Source of the DNA: Torpedo marmorata
Taxonomy: Eukaryota
Direction: 5' to 3'
Length of the DNA: 64,000 nucleotides
Assembly: GCA_977017645.1 (NCBI GenBank)
Contig: OZ360234.1
Span: 71,920,001 to 71,984,000 of the forward strand
Both the position numbers and the translations under genes were made by a program. The notes under the pieces were generated by a model. The model was not told the origin of the DNA. It searched no databases and saw only the letters and a program-made list of their open reading frames with translations. The stretch's first letter is position 1, and every line of letters starts with the position of its first letter. Below are positions 1-13,663 of this stretch, piece after piece.

Positions 1-545
1 ATCAGAATCAGAATCAGTATTTATTGTCATGAACATGTCACAAAATCTGTTGTTTTGCCACGGTATCACAGTGCAAACATTTATATGAACCACTTTACAA
101 AATAAATAAAAAATAGTGGAAGAAAAAGTCAAAGTAAGGCAGTGTCTGTGGTTCATTGTTCATTCAGGAATCCGATGTCAGAGGGAAAGAAGCTGTCCTT
201 GTGCTGCTGAGAGCTTGTCTTCAGGCTCCTGTAGTGGTGAGGGTCCTTGAGGATAGAGGCTGCTTTCATAAGACACCACCTCTTGTATATGTCCTCGATG
301 GAGTGAAGTCTGGTGCCCGTGATGTCGTAGGCCGAGTTAACAACCCTCTGGAGTTTTTTCCATGCCTAAGCATTAGCACCTCTGTACCAGACAATGATGC
401 AACCAACTAGAATGCTCTCCACAGTACACCTGTAGATGTTTGAGAGTTTTCGGTGACACACCGAATCTCCTCAAACTCCTCACAAATTATAGCCCCTTGC
501 GAGCCTTCTTCATGATTGCATCGACATGGAGGCTCCAGGACAGAT
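1..545 (-). mobile_element. 5'-truncated Rex1/Babar-like LINE 3' fragment
   Basis: (ATTCTG)n tail and AATAAA on the minus strand at 1-25; body is homologous by eye to 35640-36230; broken at ~545 by the tandem array. Confidence 0.8.
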
Positions 546-2720
546 GTGGGGTAGATTGGTAAAGAACGTGGTGTGACTGGATTGGTGAAGAATGTGTGGG
601 TAGATTGGTGAAGAATGTAGTGTGGGTAGATTGGTGAAGAACGTAGTGTGGGTAGATTGGTGAAGAATGTAGTGTGGGTAGATTGGTGAAGAACGTAGTG
701 TGGGTAGATTGGTGAAGAATGTAGTGTGGGTAGATTGGTGAAGAACGTAGTGTGGGTAGATTGGTGAAGAATGTAGTGTGGGTAGATTGGTGAAGAACGT
801 AGTGTGGGTAGATTGGTGAAGAATGTAGTGTGGGTAGATTGGTGAAGAACGTAGTGTGGGTAGATTGGTGAAGAATGTAGTGTGGGTAGATTGGTGAAGA
901 ATGTAGTATGGTTAGATTGGTGAAGAATGCAGTGTGTGGGTAGATTGGTGAAGAATGTAGTGTGGGTAGATTGGTGAAGAATGTAGTGTGGGTAGATTGG
1001 TGAAGAATGCAGTGTGTGGGTAGATTGGTGAAGAATGTAGTGTGGGTAGATTGGTGAAGAATGCAGTGTGGGTAGATTGGTAAAGAATGTAGTGTGGGTA
1101 GATTGGTGAAGAATGTAGTGTGGGTAGATTCGTGAAGAATGCAGTGTGGGTAGATTGGTGAAGAATGCAGTGTGTGGGTAGATTGGTGAAGAATGTAGTG
1201 TGGGTAGATTGGTGAAAAATGCAGTGTGGGTAGATTGGTGAAGAATGTAGTGTGTGGGTAGATTGGTGAAGAATGCAGTGTGGGTAGATTGGTGAAGAAT
1301 GTAGTATGGGTAGATTGGTGAAGAATGCAGTGTGGGTAGATTGGTGAAGAATGTAGTGTGTGGGTAGATTGGTGAAGAATGCAGTGTGGGTAGATTGGTG
1401 AAGAATGTAGTGTGGGTAGATTGGTGAAGAACGTAGTGTGGGTAGATTGGTGAAGAATGCAGTGTGGGTAGATTGGTGAAGAATGCAGTGTGTGGGTAGA
1501 TTGGTGAAGAACGTAGTGTGGGTAGATTGGTGAAGAATGTAGTGTGGGTAGATTGGTGAAGAACGTAGTGTGGGTAGATTGGTGAAGAATGTAGTGTGGG
1601 TAGATTGGTGAAGAACGTAGTGTGGGTAGATTGGTGAAGAATGTAGTGTGGGTAGATTGGTGAAGAATGTAGTATGGTTAGATTGGTGAAGAATGCAGTG
1701 TGTGGGTAGATTGGTGAAGAATGTAGTGTGGGTAGATTGGTGAAGAATGTAGTGTGGGTAGATTGGTGAAGAATGCAGTGTGTGGGTAGATTGGTGAAGA
1801 ATGTAGTGTGGGTAGATTGGTGAAGAATGCAGTGTGGGTAGATTGGTAAAGAATGTAGTGTGGGTAGATTGGTGAAGAATGTAGTGTGGGTAGATTCGTG
1901 AAGAATGCAGTGTGGGTAGATTGGTGAAGAATGCAGTGTGTGGGTAGATTGGTGAAGAATGTAGTGTGGGTAGATTGGTGAAAAATGCAGTGTGGGTAGA
2001 TTGGTGAAGAATGTAGTGTGTGGGTAGATTGGTGAAGAATGCAGTGTGGGTAGATTGGTGAAGAATGTAGTATGGGTAGATTGGTGAAGAATGCAGTGTG
2101 GGTAGATTGGTGAAGAATGTAGTGTGTGGGTAGATTGGTGAAGAATGCAGTGTGGGTAGATTGGTGAAGAATGTAGTGTGGGTAGATTGGTGAAGAACGT
2201 AGTGTGGGTAGATTGGTGAAGAATGCAGTGTGGGTAGATTGGTGAAGAATGCAGTGTGTGGGTAGATTGGTGAAGCACGTAGTGTGGGTAGATTGGTGAA
2301 GAATGCAGTGTGGGTAGATTGGTGAAGAATGCAGTGTGGGTAGATTGGTGAAGAATGCAGTGTGTGGGTAGATTGGTGAAGAATGCAGTGTGTGGGTAGA
2401 TTGGTGAAGAATGCAGTGTGGGTAGATTGGTGAAGAATGCAGTGTGGGTAGATTGGTAAAGAATGCAGTGTGTGGGTAGATTGGTGAAGAATGCAGTGTG
2501 GGTAGATTGGTGAAGAATGCAGTGTGGGTAGATTGGTGAAGAATGCAGTGTGGGTAGATTGGTGAAGAATGCAGTGTGGGTAGATTGGTGAAGAATGCAG
2601 TGTGTGCGTAGATTGGTGAAGAATGCAGTGTGGGTAGATTGGTGAAGAATGCAGTGTGTGGGTAGATTGGTGAAGAATGCAGTGTGGGTAGATTGGTGAA
2701 GAATGCAGTGTGGGTAGATT
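546..2720. repeat. Minisatellite array, 26/28-bp unit TAGATTGGTGAAGAATG(T/C)AGTGT(GT)GGG, roughly 80 copies
   Basis: Directly visible tandem periodicity; produces the spurious 811/609/391-aa ORFs. Confidence 0.98.
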
Positions 2721-2907
2721 GAGCCAAAGGCGAAGGAGCAAATTTGCATAAAACCATGATCATGAATGATTGTTTCTGAATCCTCTTCACTTTGTAGGAA
2801 AAGCCTTTGCTCATTAATATGTTTCCCTGTATAATCACACATCTATTGCACAAAGATACAGTTACTCATAGTATCAATAATCCAATGCCCGCCATACTGA
2901 GACTCAC

Positions 2908-2979
2908 CATAAAACTGCAAGTTTCTTGTCTGCTATTGTCGCCAAAGAGCCGGTGAAGTTCTTTAACCTCATGGCGTAC
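2908..2979 (-). CDS. AFF2: AFF2 coding exon (CHD), 72 nt, phase 2->2
   Basis: CTTTATCAAG|GTACGCC...TTTTATG|GTGAGT; (R)YAMRLKNFTGSLATIADKKLAVL(C). Less common AAG acceptor. Not in the ORF track. Confidence 0.94.
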
Positions 2980-3124
2980 CTTGATAAAGTATCAAGCAAC
3001 AATTAATACTCCCATTGAAACCAAGCAGCTTTTATTGGTTTGGAAGTCAGGGGACAGGGGAATGGAGAAGTTTTGTTCTTGAAAGAGATCAGTCATATAT
3101 TGAAAGATGTGCAATAGAACACAG

Positions 3125-3455
3125 AATATAGAACATTTCAACACAGTACAGGCCCTTCAGCCCATGATGTTGTACCGACCTATAAAACTTATTCAACAAA
3201 CTAAACCTTCCCAACCTCACAGCCATAACCCTCTATTTTACTTGCATCAATGTGCCTGCCTAAGAGTCTTTTAAATGTCCCTATTGTACCAGTCTCCACC
3301 ACCACCCCTGACATTGCATTCCAGGTACCCACAACTCTCTGTATAAAAAACTTACCCCTGATGTCTCCCCTCAACTTTCCTCCCCTCACCTTATACAGAT
3401 GTCCTCTGGTGTTTGCTACTCTCACCCCAGGAAAAAGGTGCTGGCTGTCCACCCT
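3125..3455 (-). mobile_element. CR1/HER1-like LINE 3' fragment
   Basis: ORF 3201..3458 TRGHLYKV...FFIQRVVGTWNAM, a typical CR1 ORF2 C-terminus, followed by 3'UTR. Confidence 0.85.
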
Positions 3456-4339
3456 CAATGATCAAAATCTTCTGAGATATTTGGAGTGATTTTGACCCAT
3501 TGATCAACAACCTGTTAGATATCTCTCCCCATGCTTCCTTTAGCTTCCCTGGCTAGAAATAAAACCAAGGGAAGGATGTAGCGATGAGTGAACCAGTGTG
3601 AACTTTCTCCAAGATGTTACCCCTGTGCTGTGCTCCACCAACCCTGAGAATTTACATCCACAGCATAAACACGCATGGGTCTCTGAAAATAGCACGTTGC
3701 TTTTACAAGAGCTCCGTGGAATACTCATTAGTAACCATCCGCATCAACGCTCTTGTTTCTGAAATCATTTACATGGCATTTGGAAAGGTGTACACTCTCA
3801 GATCAATCTATGTGCTCAGTGAAGGGACTGCATTACTGCAGGATGGAGCTGTTCAGCTTGATTCTCAGTATGTGTGACTAGCAGGATGACACTGTCATAT
3901 ATTCCACAGCCTGAGGAACTGCAGTCATCAGACACCCAGCCACTGTAGCATCCCAACCCAATATTATATTATAGCTTGAGGAAGTGAGAGGGAACCATCT
4001 GAACCAATCAATCTGATCACTTAATTCTGGTTTTATGTTACCCAGTTACCAAAATAATACATGCTTCTTTAATAATGAAGGAAGTGACCTTCCACATTAT
4101 TATTGAACATACACCTGAACAGTGCATCCGAGGTAGAGGGGACTATTACATTTATTTATACTTCAGCAAGATAGCGCAATTTTTTGTTCAATTTTGTTGA
4201 TAGATTTATGTTGGGTAAAATCATTAAGGGATCAAAAGTAAGAGTTGGGAAGGATTAGGAAAAAGGTGATGAAGGAAGGAAAGATGTTGCAGAGTTACCA
4301 TGCAACTAATTAATTATGCAGCTGTTGTAAGAGTGTGCT

Positions 4340-4630
4340 CATCTGCAAGCTCCCACACATATGGTGATGACCAGCAATCTGACTGGGGTGTTGACTGAAG
4401 GATAAATGTTGGACAGGGCACCAGAGAGAGCTCCACCAGTGCATAGTGCAATGGTCCCTCTGACTTTGCAAAATGAGCCTTAGGTTAACATCTCAAGTGC
4501 AAGGCACCACATCCAATGAATCAACATCCCTAGGTATATCACAGGATGCCAATATAGATTATGTGCGCAAATACGTGGTGTGATACTTGACTCTACAACT
4601 CTCTAACTTGGAAGCAGGGGTGCTACCATA
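4340..4630 (-). mobile_element. Old Deu-domain-like SINE remnant
   Basis: Minus strand resembles the Deu core (…GTCCAACATTTATCCTTCAGTCAACAC…GTGGGAGCTTGC); similar remnants at ~19680-19870, ~39870-39980, ~52490-52800, ~57780-57945 and ~58480-58760. Confidence 0.5.
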
Positions 4631-5877
4631 GCCCATGATATTGTAAACTCAATGGTGGAAAGAAAAACTCGAGGGCCTGAAACACTGACTCAAGTTCTGC
4701 TATTTCTCTCTCCTACTGGATTACTGAAGACCAGCTGAATAGTGCTTCGTTCTTGCTGGGTTAGGAATGAATGCTTACTCTTACTGATATTTTCTCACTG
4801 CGTTAATGTCAATGACTAAGGCAGAAATGGATATAAACATTGCCTCAAATCCTACAGTCACTGCAAACTTGCAGGCTTGATGGAAACACTTCAGCTCAGG
4901 ATTCTTTATCACACACGGAAACTCTCCTGAATTATAGAGGGTGGCTGGGCTTAACATAGAGGCAGGTTGACAGAGGAAAGAATATTCTCTGCTCAGGCTT
5001 GGCATGGGCTGTGATCAAAGGATCCAAACCAAGCCAATTACTCTGAAATGCTGACATCTTCCTCTGTGTCGGCTTACTGAATGGAGGGGGATTTCCAGCT
5101 CCAGTGCTGTCTGTGTGATTTAGTTCATCTAACCTCTCCTGGAGACTCTCATCACCAAATAATGGCTTTGCTTGACACTTCTGTCAATAGATTAAACAGC
5201 TTCTCAATCTCAAATCGCCATTAATTCAAGTTATTATTTGTTGATGTTTTCATACATTCTGAGTCATTGTACCCTGCTTCAGGTTCTCACACGATAACAC
5301 ACGGCGGGAGGTTACATTACAATAGCTCTCAAAATAGGCCCATTTTCTACGCCTTTCTTTAAATTTATATATTTACTCAATTCCCTCCTGAAAATTTCTG
5401 TTCAATCTGTTTCCATCCACCTTTCAGATAATGAAATCCAGATGAATAAAACAATTTATATCGGGGTAACATTTACGGCATAAAACAGTTCCTGTATATT
5501 GCCCCACCGGTTCTTTTGCTTATTATTTTAAACCTCTCTCTTTGGTTATTAGCTGTTTTCCATGAGAGGCAGTGGTACAACAGATGGCACAACGGTGCAG
5601 CAGGTAGTACCTCCATGTTCCCAGGTTTGATGGACCTCAGGTGCTGTGTGGAGTTTGCACATCTCCCCTTTGACCACATGGGTTTACGTTGGATGCTGCA
5701 GTTCCCCCAAGAAGCCAAGGAGGTGCTGGTAGATATACTGACTACTGTAAATTACCCATTAGTGTAGTAAATGGCAAAAAAAAATGAAAGAAACTTGAGA
5801 AAGAGAATAGATCATAGCGCTGTAGGAAAATAAGAAGAGGGTGGACGGCACCGATGGAACAACTTTGCTGGGAGTCA

Positions 5878-6019
5878 GACGTAAAACACGAAAGTCTGCA
5901 GACACTGTGATTGAAGTAAAAACACAATGCTGGAGAAACTCTTCAGGTCAAACAGTGTACTTTATATAGCAAAGATAAAGATACATAACCAACGTTTCGG
6001 GCTTGAGCCCTTCATCAAG
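5878..6019 (-). mobile_element. Short Penelope-derived element with hammerhead-like motif; 13-bp TSD
   Basis: Flanked by direct repeat TTGCTGGGAGTCA (5865-5877, 6020-6032); minus strand begins TTGATGAAGGGCTCAAGCCCGAAACG. Confidence 0.75.
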
Positions 6020-6589
6020 TTGCTGGGAGTCACCTGCCTTTGGGAATCTCTAACCAGGTTGTCATCATTTTCCATTTAGTTCGGCTAGGTTTGAAGATAT
6101 TTGGGTTGGTGGTACATGGGAAAGAAGGTGTAATCAAGGTTCAAGGTTCCCTTTATTGTCACGCAATAATATGTAAAACAGTAATATACATGATATACTT
6201 AAACTTTTGTCTGCCATTAAGGCAAACAAAGAGTCACCATGAGCATTGTCTGGCCATCCTAACAATAGGAGAAAGGGAAGCAAAAGAGAGTCCCTTCAGA
6301 GTCACTGAGTGTCTATGGATTCAGCCACACACGCATTAGGGTTATGGTTAGGGTTAGGCTCCTGTTCCAACCACCGGCAACCTAAGCTCCAGATCCAAAC
6401 CTCCAACACGATCAGGAAGCCTTCAGCACCCGAGGCCCTTCGGGAGCCCTTCTTGCCCTCAGCATGCTCTCGATTCCAGATTCTAAACTGGGGTCTGGTC
6501 AGCATTTAGTTAAATAAGGATGGGATGAGGAGATGTTAGCTCATGACGGTAATTGGCCAAGGTGGGAAATTGAGGATAATGAGTGAGGC

Positions 6590-7325
6590 ATAAGAGTCTT
6601 AGAGCTTTTCAGCATGGAAACAGGCCCTTAGGCCCAAATTGTCCATGCCAACCAAGCTGGTCCCATTTCCCTGCATTCAGCACATATCCCTTTATACCTT
6701 TCCTTTCCATTTACTTGAATAAAAGTCTTTTGAATGTAACAATTGTCCCTGCCTCCACCACTTCCTCTGGAAGCTCGTCCCACATACCCACCACCCTCTG
6801 TGTGATGAAGGTGCCCCTCAAATCCATTTTGATTCTTTCCCCTCTCACCTTAAATCCATGGCCTCTAGTTTTAGATAGGAAGACCGTGGAAAAGACTGTG
6901 ACTATTATCCATGCCCCCCACCTTACACTCCTACACACCGGGGAGAAAAATTCCAGCCTATCCAGCCTCAATTCAAAGCAACATATCTTGTTAACATTCT
7001 CGTGAACCTTTTCTGCACCTTTTCTAGCTTAACAATAACTTTCCTATACTGGGTGACCAAAACTACACATAATATTCCAGGTGTAATCTCTCCATTTCCT
7101 CATACAGTTGTAACATGACGTTCCTGTTTCTGTACTCAGTGCCCCAATCGATGAAGGCAAGTGTGCCAAATGTTTTCTTCAACACCCTGTCTACCTGCGT
7201 CATCATTTTCATGTAACTAAGAACCTGTACCCCAGACTACAACAGTCTCCAGGGCTCTATCATTCACCATGCAAGTCCTGCCCTAGTTTAACCTACCAAA
7301 GTGCAGCACCTTGCACTTGTCCGAA
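6590..7325 (-). mobile_element. CR1-like LINE 3' fragment (degenerate)
   Basis: ORF 6711..6971 KTRGHGFKVRGER...QRVVGMWDELPEEVVEAG. Confidence 0.85.
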
Positions 7326-8452
7326 ATGAGACAGAGATCAAAACCTTCAATGTAGGTAACAAAAAGTTGTGAAGAAGCACAGAGCATTCAGAGAGTCATA
7401 TTTGTGAGTGTGCTCTTGCTATTATAATTGGGGTTGTCTGAATGATAGGAGGTAAGCATGGGCCTTATCTTACCAGAATCCCACTCTGGTGCTGGTTACA
7501 GGAAATCCAGGTGTGCCAGAAGTGGCAGCAACATTGATACCAGGACAAAGTGATTTCACTCCCTCGACGAACTCCAACTCTGTGCTCTGAGCAGATTGAA
7601 ATTTGATGCATGTTCAACTATTAAATCAGCCATGATGGAATGGCAGGGCAGACTAAATGGGCTGAATGGTCTTATAGTCTTCTGGTGCAAATCAACCCAG
7701 AAATGTCACCATTGCCTTTCACTCGATACATTTTCACTCATGTATAGCCAATGATGCGATCCAATTCTAGACCAGTTCCTCCTTGGATGAAATAACAAAA
7801 GCCCACATATTTCTAAAAATGCGTTTACTAAGTCTCCACTTAAATTTCTCTGTTCCGCTGAGGGGGTTTTATAACTGAAATCCTCATTCCTGTCCTCAAG
7901 GTATTTTCCTCAAAGTGCAGAGCCTCACAATGAACAAAACGCTACAGCATAACCAGAGATCCGCAAAAGCTGACTTCTTTGCCCTTGCAATCCATGCGTC
8001 TGTTATAACCTGTCTGTTTATCAACAGCTAATTTGATTTTTGAAGCATTTAAACTCTGGTAAAGTGATTTAAGGTGGTACGTGGGCACTGTAGAATTTCC
8101 CAGAGTGACATCGGGATATATGGTGACTGAAAACTTGGTCGAGAGGTTAACTTTCAGAGAAAGCTCAGAGGAGGAAGGTAGTGAAGAGAAGCTTGAGAGT
8201 TCAGAGCCTCATCAACCAAACGGATGCCTACCCATGGGCACGGCCGGCGCTACCATTAGGCCAACCAGGCAGCCGCCTAGGGCGCAGACCTCAGAGGGGC
8301 GCTGTTGAAGAGAGATTCCAACAGATCTGGCATCTCTGCGTCATGAATGACGTGGTTTTGACTAACACGCTATAAGCACGCGCATTAGTCTGGTAAGGCG
8401 GAGGGAGGAAGTGGTATGGCGCATGTCGAACGTCACATTAGGTATTGCATCC

Positions 8453-8560
8453 ACCACTCAGCCCGGTCAGCACCCCCCCCCCCACCCCGCGCTTAGCCTG
8501 GTCAGCACCTCCCACTCAGCCTGATCAGCACACCCCTCCCTCCCCGCGCTCAGCCCGGCC
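8453..8560. repeat. Short C-rich tandem repeat (CTCAGCCYGGTCAGCAC core x4)
   Basis: Four visible copies arranged as a ~60-bp dimer. Confidence 0.75.
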
Positions 8561-9092
8561 TAGGGAGAACAATGAAAACCAGAGATGATTAGGAAACCAG
8601 AATTGAACAAACCTAGAGAGCTGTTGGAACTGCGCGATACTGCAGAGAAAGGGAGGGGTAAGTCTGCGGAGGATCTAACCAGGACTTTTCAACATGCTCT
8701 GCCCCCTTTAAAGATGTGTGCTTGCAAACTGCTTGTCTCTCTGTCCTTGCAACTCTCTTTCCCTCCCTCCCTCCTGAGTGTGTCACTCATTGCACTGAAT
8801 TCCATCTGCCATGTACTTTCCCATTTCACCCAACTGCATGTGTTCTTTAGCTGTTATTATCCCCCTTTGCCTTCAAGGAAGGTGAGTACATTATTTGTGC
8901 AGGTATTTACTGAGGGGCCCCCAACTATTGTAAATTACTTAAACATATAAATTATAAGCAAACAAACAAAAGTCAATTTAAGTATTAAGTTTTGAAATAT
9001 GACATCTCTATATGGATCTTAATCTCTTGTCTTGATTTCCTCACAGCAGGTTATTAATTATCATTTAAAAGTGATTAGTAAAATTATATTCA

Positions 9093-9494
<402 letters not shown>

Positions 9495-10739
9495 TCAGTC
9501 ATAGCCGGGGGTCTGTAGTATTGAGAGACAAACAGTCACCCAAGGAAGGTGATCTGCTCTCAGACACCATGGGAGGCTGGTCTATTGGCAGCCCCTGACA
9601 CTTGTTATAAAGTCAGACTACTCGCGTGGAAATAGAAGACAGCTGTGTCAACACACTTTCCTGTCCAGCTCCAGGCTCAATCACATATTTTTCCCTGGCA
9701 CCAGTTTTTAGCTATTTGCACTTTGTTGCTGTCACTGCAGCAGACCTCTCTAAGTATGTGGATAGAAGGAAGCAAATGCACCACTAGAACAGGATCCATC
9801 TGCACATATCACGCTAATCCAGACCCAACATATCACTGTTGCAGCATCATTATCATCAATGTAAGCACCACCATTAAAATATGCACCACTATTATTATAA
9901 TATTAATATTAATAAATGTTCCATTATTTATATATATATGATTATTAACTTGGTACTAATGATATTAAAGTGATTGATATATGCACTATAATTGATATAT
10001 GGACTTTCATTAACAACTGCACTCACCAGGACATGCACTGCTCATTATTATAGATAGAGGGTAACTGATATATGACACTTGATTCATATATGCAGCAATA
10101 TTATTAATAAATACAACAAAAATATGCTCTGATTTGGTGGAGTTTAAGGCAGAAAGATCTGTCCTCAAGCTGCTGAGATGCCCAGAGAGGCCAGTTTGTG
10201 ACCAATTTGGATGGCTGAGACACAGGGGATCTTTGAATTATGCTCACGAGATGAGCCACAGGCTTAGAAATGTTGGGCTCTGCACTGGCACCCGAGTTTT
10301 ACCTCGTTTTACATTAAAAACACAGCAGAAACGAGCTCTTCAAAGCAACCCATTCCAGCCAGCTTAACTAGCATCCTACTCTCCTTTATCCAATTCTCTT
10401 CTCATTCTTCTCCATTCCTTCAAACTGTTTCTCTCAACAACATTCTGCGGTAATGAGTTGCATTTTTGCCAACTAATTGCGTTAAGAATTTTTTAATTAA
10501 TTCCCCATTTGGTTTCTTCCTGATTGTATCGAAGGGTTGGCCTACAGTTTTTCTTTTCTGCACAAGCTGAAACACTCTCTTCTGTCTCTACTCAAATTAA
10601 ACCTTAGCAATTTTAAAGACCTCAGTCAAATTGCTTCTTGTTCTTTGAGTGTCCAAATGAAAAGAGCCTCGAGACATTTCTTGTTCGAAAGTCTGTCATA
10701 TAAAAATTACTGGATAGAAGAAAGCAATTCAGCCAACTG

Positions 10740-11460
10740 TGTGGATGCTGGCCATAAAAGAGCCATCCAACCTAATCCCAGCTTCCAGTATGGGGTTACT
10801 GAAATGTGATGAGGGTTCCCGCCTTAAACATCTCGATAGATAATGAGTTCTAACACTCAACACCCTTTGGATAAAAAAAAGTATTTACTCATCTACCCTC
10901 TAATTCTGCTAATTACTTTAAATCCATCCCCCTGGTTTAGACTCCTTTGCTGGGAGAAGTAGGTCCTTCATATTTACCCAATCAAGGCCACTCAATACTT
11001 CATGCAGCTCAATTAAATCTCTTCTCAGTTGCCTCTCTCTCAAATAAATAGTTAACGTAGAGGTTAGTGCAACTCTGTTACAGCGTCAGTGTCCCGGGTT
11101 TGAATCTGGTGTGGAGTTTGCACGTTCTCCCCATGACCTCTATGGGTTTTCTCTGGGTGCTGCTGTTTCCTCCCACTCTCCATAAATGTACATGGTTGGT
11201 AGATTTATTTTGTGTAATTGGGCGACACGAGTTTCAATGGCCAGAATCGACTTCTCCTGTGTTTTAAATAATTAAAACTACCCGAGTGCATCCAATCCTG
11301 TCCCTTTGCTACAATTTTCCAGTCATGGCAATACCCTCATGAATCCCTCTTTCCACTGTAATCACATCTTCCCTGTAAATTGGTGACCAGAGCTGGACAC
11401 AGCAACTTAAGCTGTGGCCTGACTCGTGTTGCCTACAGTTCCAGCAAAACCTGCATCCCC
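10740..11460 (-). mobile_element. Degenerate CR1 fragment interrupted by a V-SINE (+, ~11050-11275)
   Basis: CR1-like sequence resumes after the SINE; the SINE has a tRNA-like head and the core GGGTTTTCTCTGGGTGCTGCTGTTTCCTCCCAC. Confidence 0.65.
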
Positions 11461-13109
11461 TTACAACATCAAAGAAAAAATGCATACTTTAGAGGTTAGA
11501 AATAGAAATAGAAAATGCTGGAAACACTTAGCTGGTCAGGCCGCATCTGCGGAGAGAGAAAAATGGAGTTAATGTTTCAAGTCCCCCTTCATTCGAAATG
11601 GAAAAGTAAGAAAACAAAGTTAGTCTTAAACAGCTGAGAGGGTGGAGGTGGGCTGGGTGGAACAAAGGAAACATCTCTGGTAGAGTGAGAGCAAGGTTTT
11701 CCAGGGAATTCAGATGTTTACAGAGCTGGCTGACTCAAACAGCAATATTTTCACCTTGGACACCTCACTCACTTTCTCCAGGTCAAACAGGGGAACTTGG
11801 ATGGGCAGATCTATGTCTGTCACTGTGGGGTATGTGAACAAATCTTGTTTCAGTCCCATTCAGAATCCCTCCCTCAACTGTTTTCCCCCAGTGCATTCCA
11901 CAGCTCTATTGCTGCTGCTTCCTGCATACACAAAGAACTCAAATATTTCATTATGTTTGCTGCCAATTTTTAGGCTGTTCTCATTTTCACATACCCCATC
12001 TCTGATTCTTTCCCTTCCATCCGTGGATTTCATTGTCTCCATCTCAGGGGCAAGCCCCCAATACTAACTACAGGACCATCAGTATTCATAGTTACTGTTG
12101 ACAGCGCAGGTCAACTATCACATTTCCTCAACAATACTTCTGCTCCACCTTGAGTATTGTGTACAGTTTTGGTCTCCTAATCTGAGGAAGGACATTCTTA
12201 CAATTGAGGGGGTGCAGTGAATGTTCACCAGACTGGATAGACCAGGGTTATGCTCATTGGAATTAAGAAGAAGGAAAGGGGATCTCATTGAGACAAATAA
12301 AATTCTGACAGAACTAGACAGGTTAGGTGCAGGAAGAATGCTGCCTGACCTGCTGAGTGTTTCCAGCATTTTCTGTGTGTATTCCTGTTCTTATATTTTT
12401 TGCATTAACTAATGAAGGAAATCATGCTGTATTTTTTAATCATATTATTGGCCTTAACAGATCTGTTTCAAGCACTCAAGTGTTCCTCACTGCATAATAT
12501 TCTCTTGGATTTGCTTGCCTGGTTACACTTTCCAAGGTATATTTTCTCACATTTTTCTGAATTAAATTCAACTTTCTGAGCTAAATTCCATTTGCTGTTT
12601 TTTTCTGCCCAAATATTCAGAGCATCTCTATCTTCCTGTCCTGCTCACTATAAAGCAAATGGGATTTTTATAGCACCTGGAAATTTCTTTATTATTCCTC
12701 CTGCATTTAGATTTAAGTCACTAATATGTATATTAACTGATGCTGGAGATTGAATTCTGATCCCTGCGGAACCTTACAGGTCATCATATTCCAGCCAGAA
12801 AAACATCCATCCATCATTAATTCTGGCCCATGCGGCAATTTTGGATCTAATTTGCCCCTCTCCCTCCCTTGGAATCCCATGGATTCCACTTTTTGCTCAG
12901 CCTTCCAAATGGGACCTTGGGAAAAGCCTTGACAAAATTCACATGGACGCCATCAAGAACACTGCCATCATCGACCTCCTGGTTACCTCCTTAAAAAATG
13001 CAATCAAATTAGTCAAACACTACCTCCCCTAAAGAAATCCATGCTGACTGTCCCCGATTCATCTATACCTTTTTGAGTAAATATTCCTACTCTCATTTGG
13101 GATGAATGC

Positions 13110-13663
13110 CTCCCTTTTTAAGCCACAAGGGGACACCAATACCCCTGAGTGTAAAGCCCTCCAAAAGGTAGTGGACACAGCACAGGACATCACAGGCAAA
13201 AATCCCCCCCACTATCGAGAACATCGACAGGGAACGCTGTCGTCGGAGAGCAGCAACAATCATCAAAGATACACATCATCCAGCACATGCTCTGTTCTCG
13301 CAGCTACCATCAGAAAAAAGGTATAGGAGACACAAGACTCGCACCACCAGATTCAGGAACAGCTGCTACCCCTCCACCATCAGACTCCTCAACAACAAAC
13401 TCAATCAGGGACTCATTTAAGGACTCTTACTTGTGCTCTTTATTTTAATTTTTTTTATTCTCTCTGTATTGCACAGTCAGTTTGTTTACATTCGTTATCT
13501 GTTCACAGTTCTTTATTTGTTTACATGTATACGCTGTGTACAGTTTTTTTTGCACCAGCAATAAGTGATAAATCTGCCTCGCCCGCAGAAAAAAGAATCT
13601 CACGGTTGTATGTGATGTCATGTATGTACTCTGACAATAAATCTGAAATCTGAATCTGAAATC
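13110..13663 (+). mobile_element. Rex1-like LINE 3' end, second subfamily, (ATCTGA)n tail
   Basis: ORF remnant ALQKVVDTAQDITG; AATAAATCTGAAATCTGAATCTG tail; same 3'UTR at 32200-32515 and 63061-63293. Confidence 0.75.

Noticed and set aside
546-2720. CRISPR-like appearance of the array
   Set aside because: Units are head-to-tail with no unique spacers, there are no cas genes, and the context is vertebrate.
407-2853. 811/609/391-aa minus-strand ORFs
   Set aside because: Products of a stop-poor 26/28-bp tandem array that is open in all three frames; the peptide is just the repeat and lies within an AFF2 intron.
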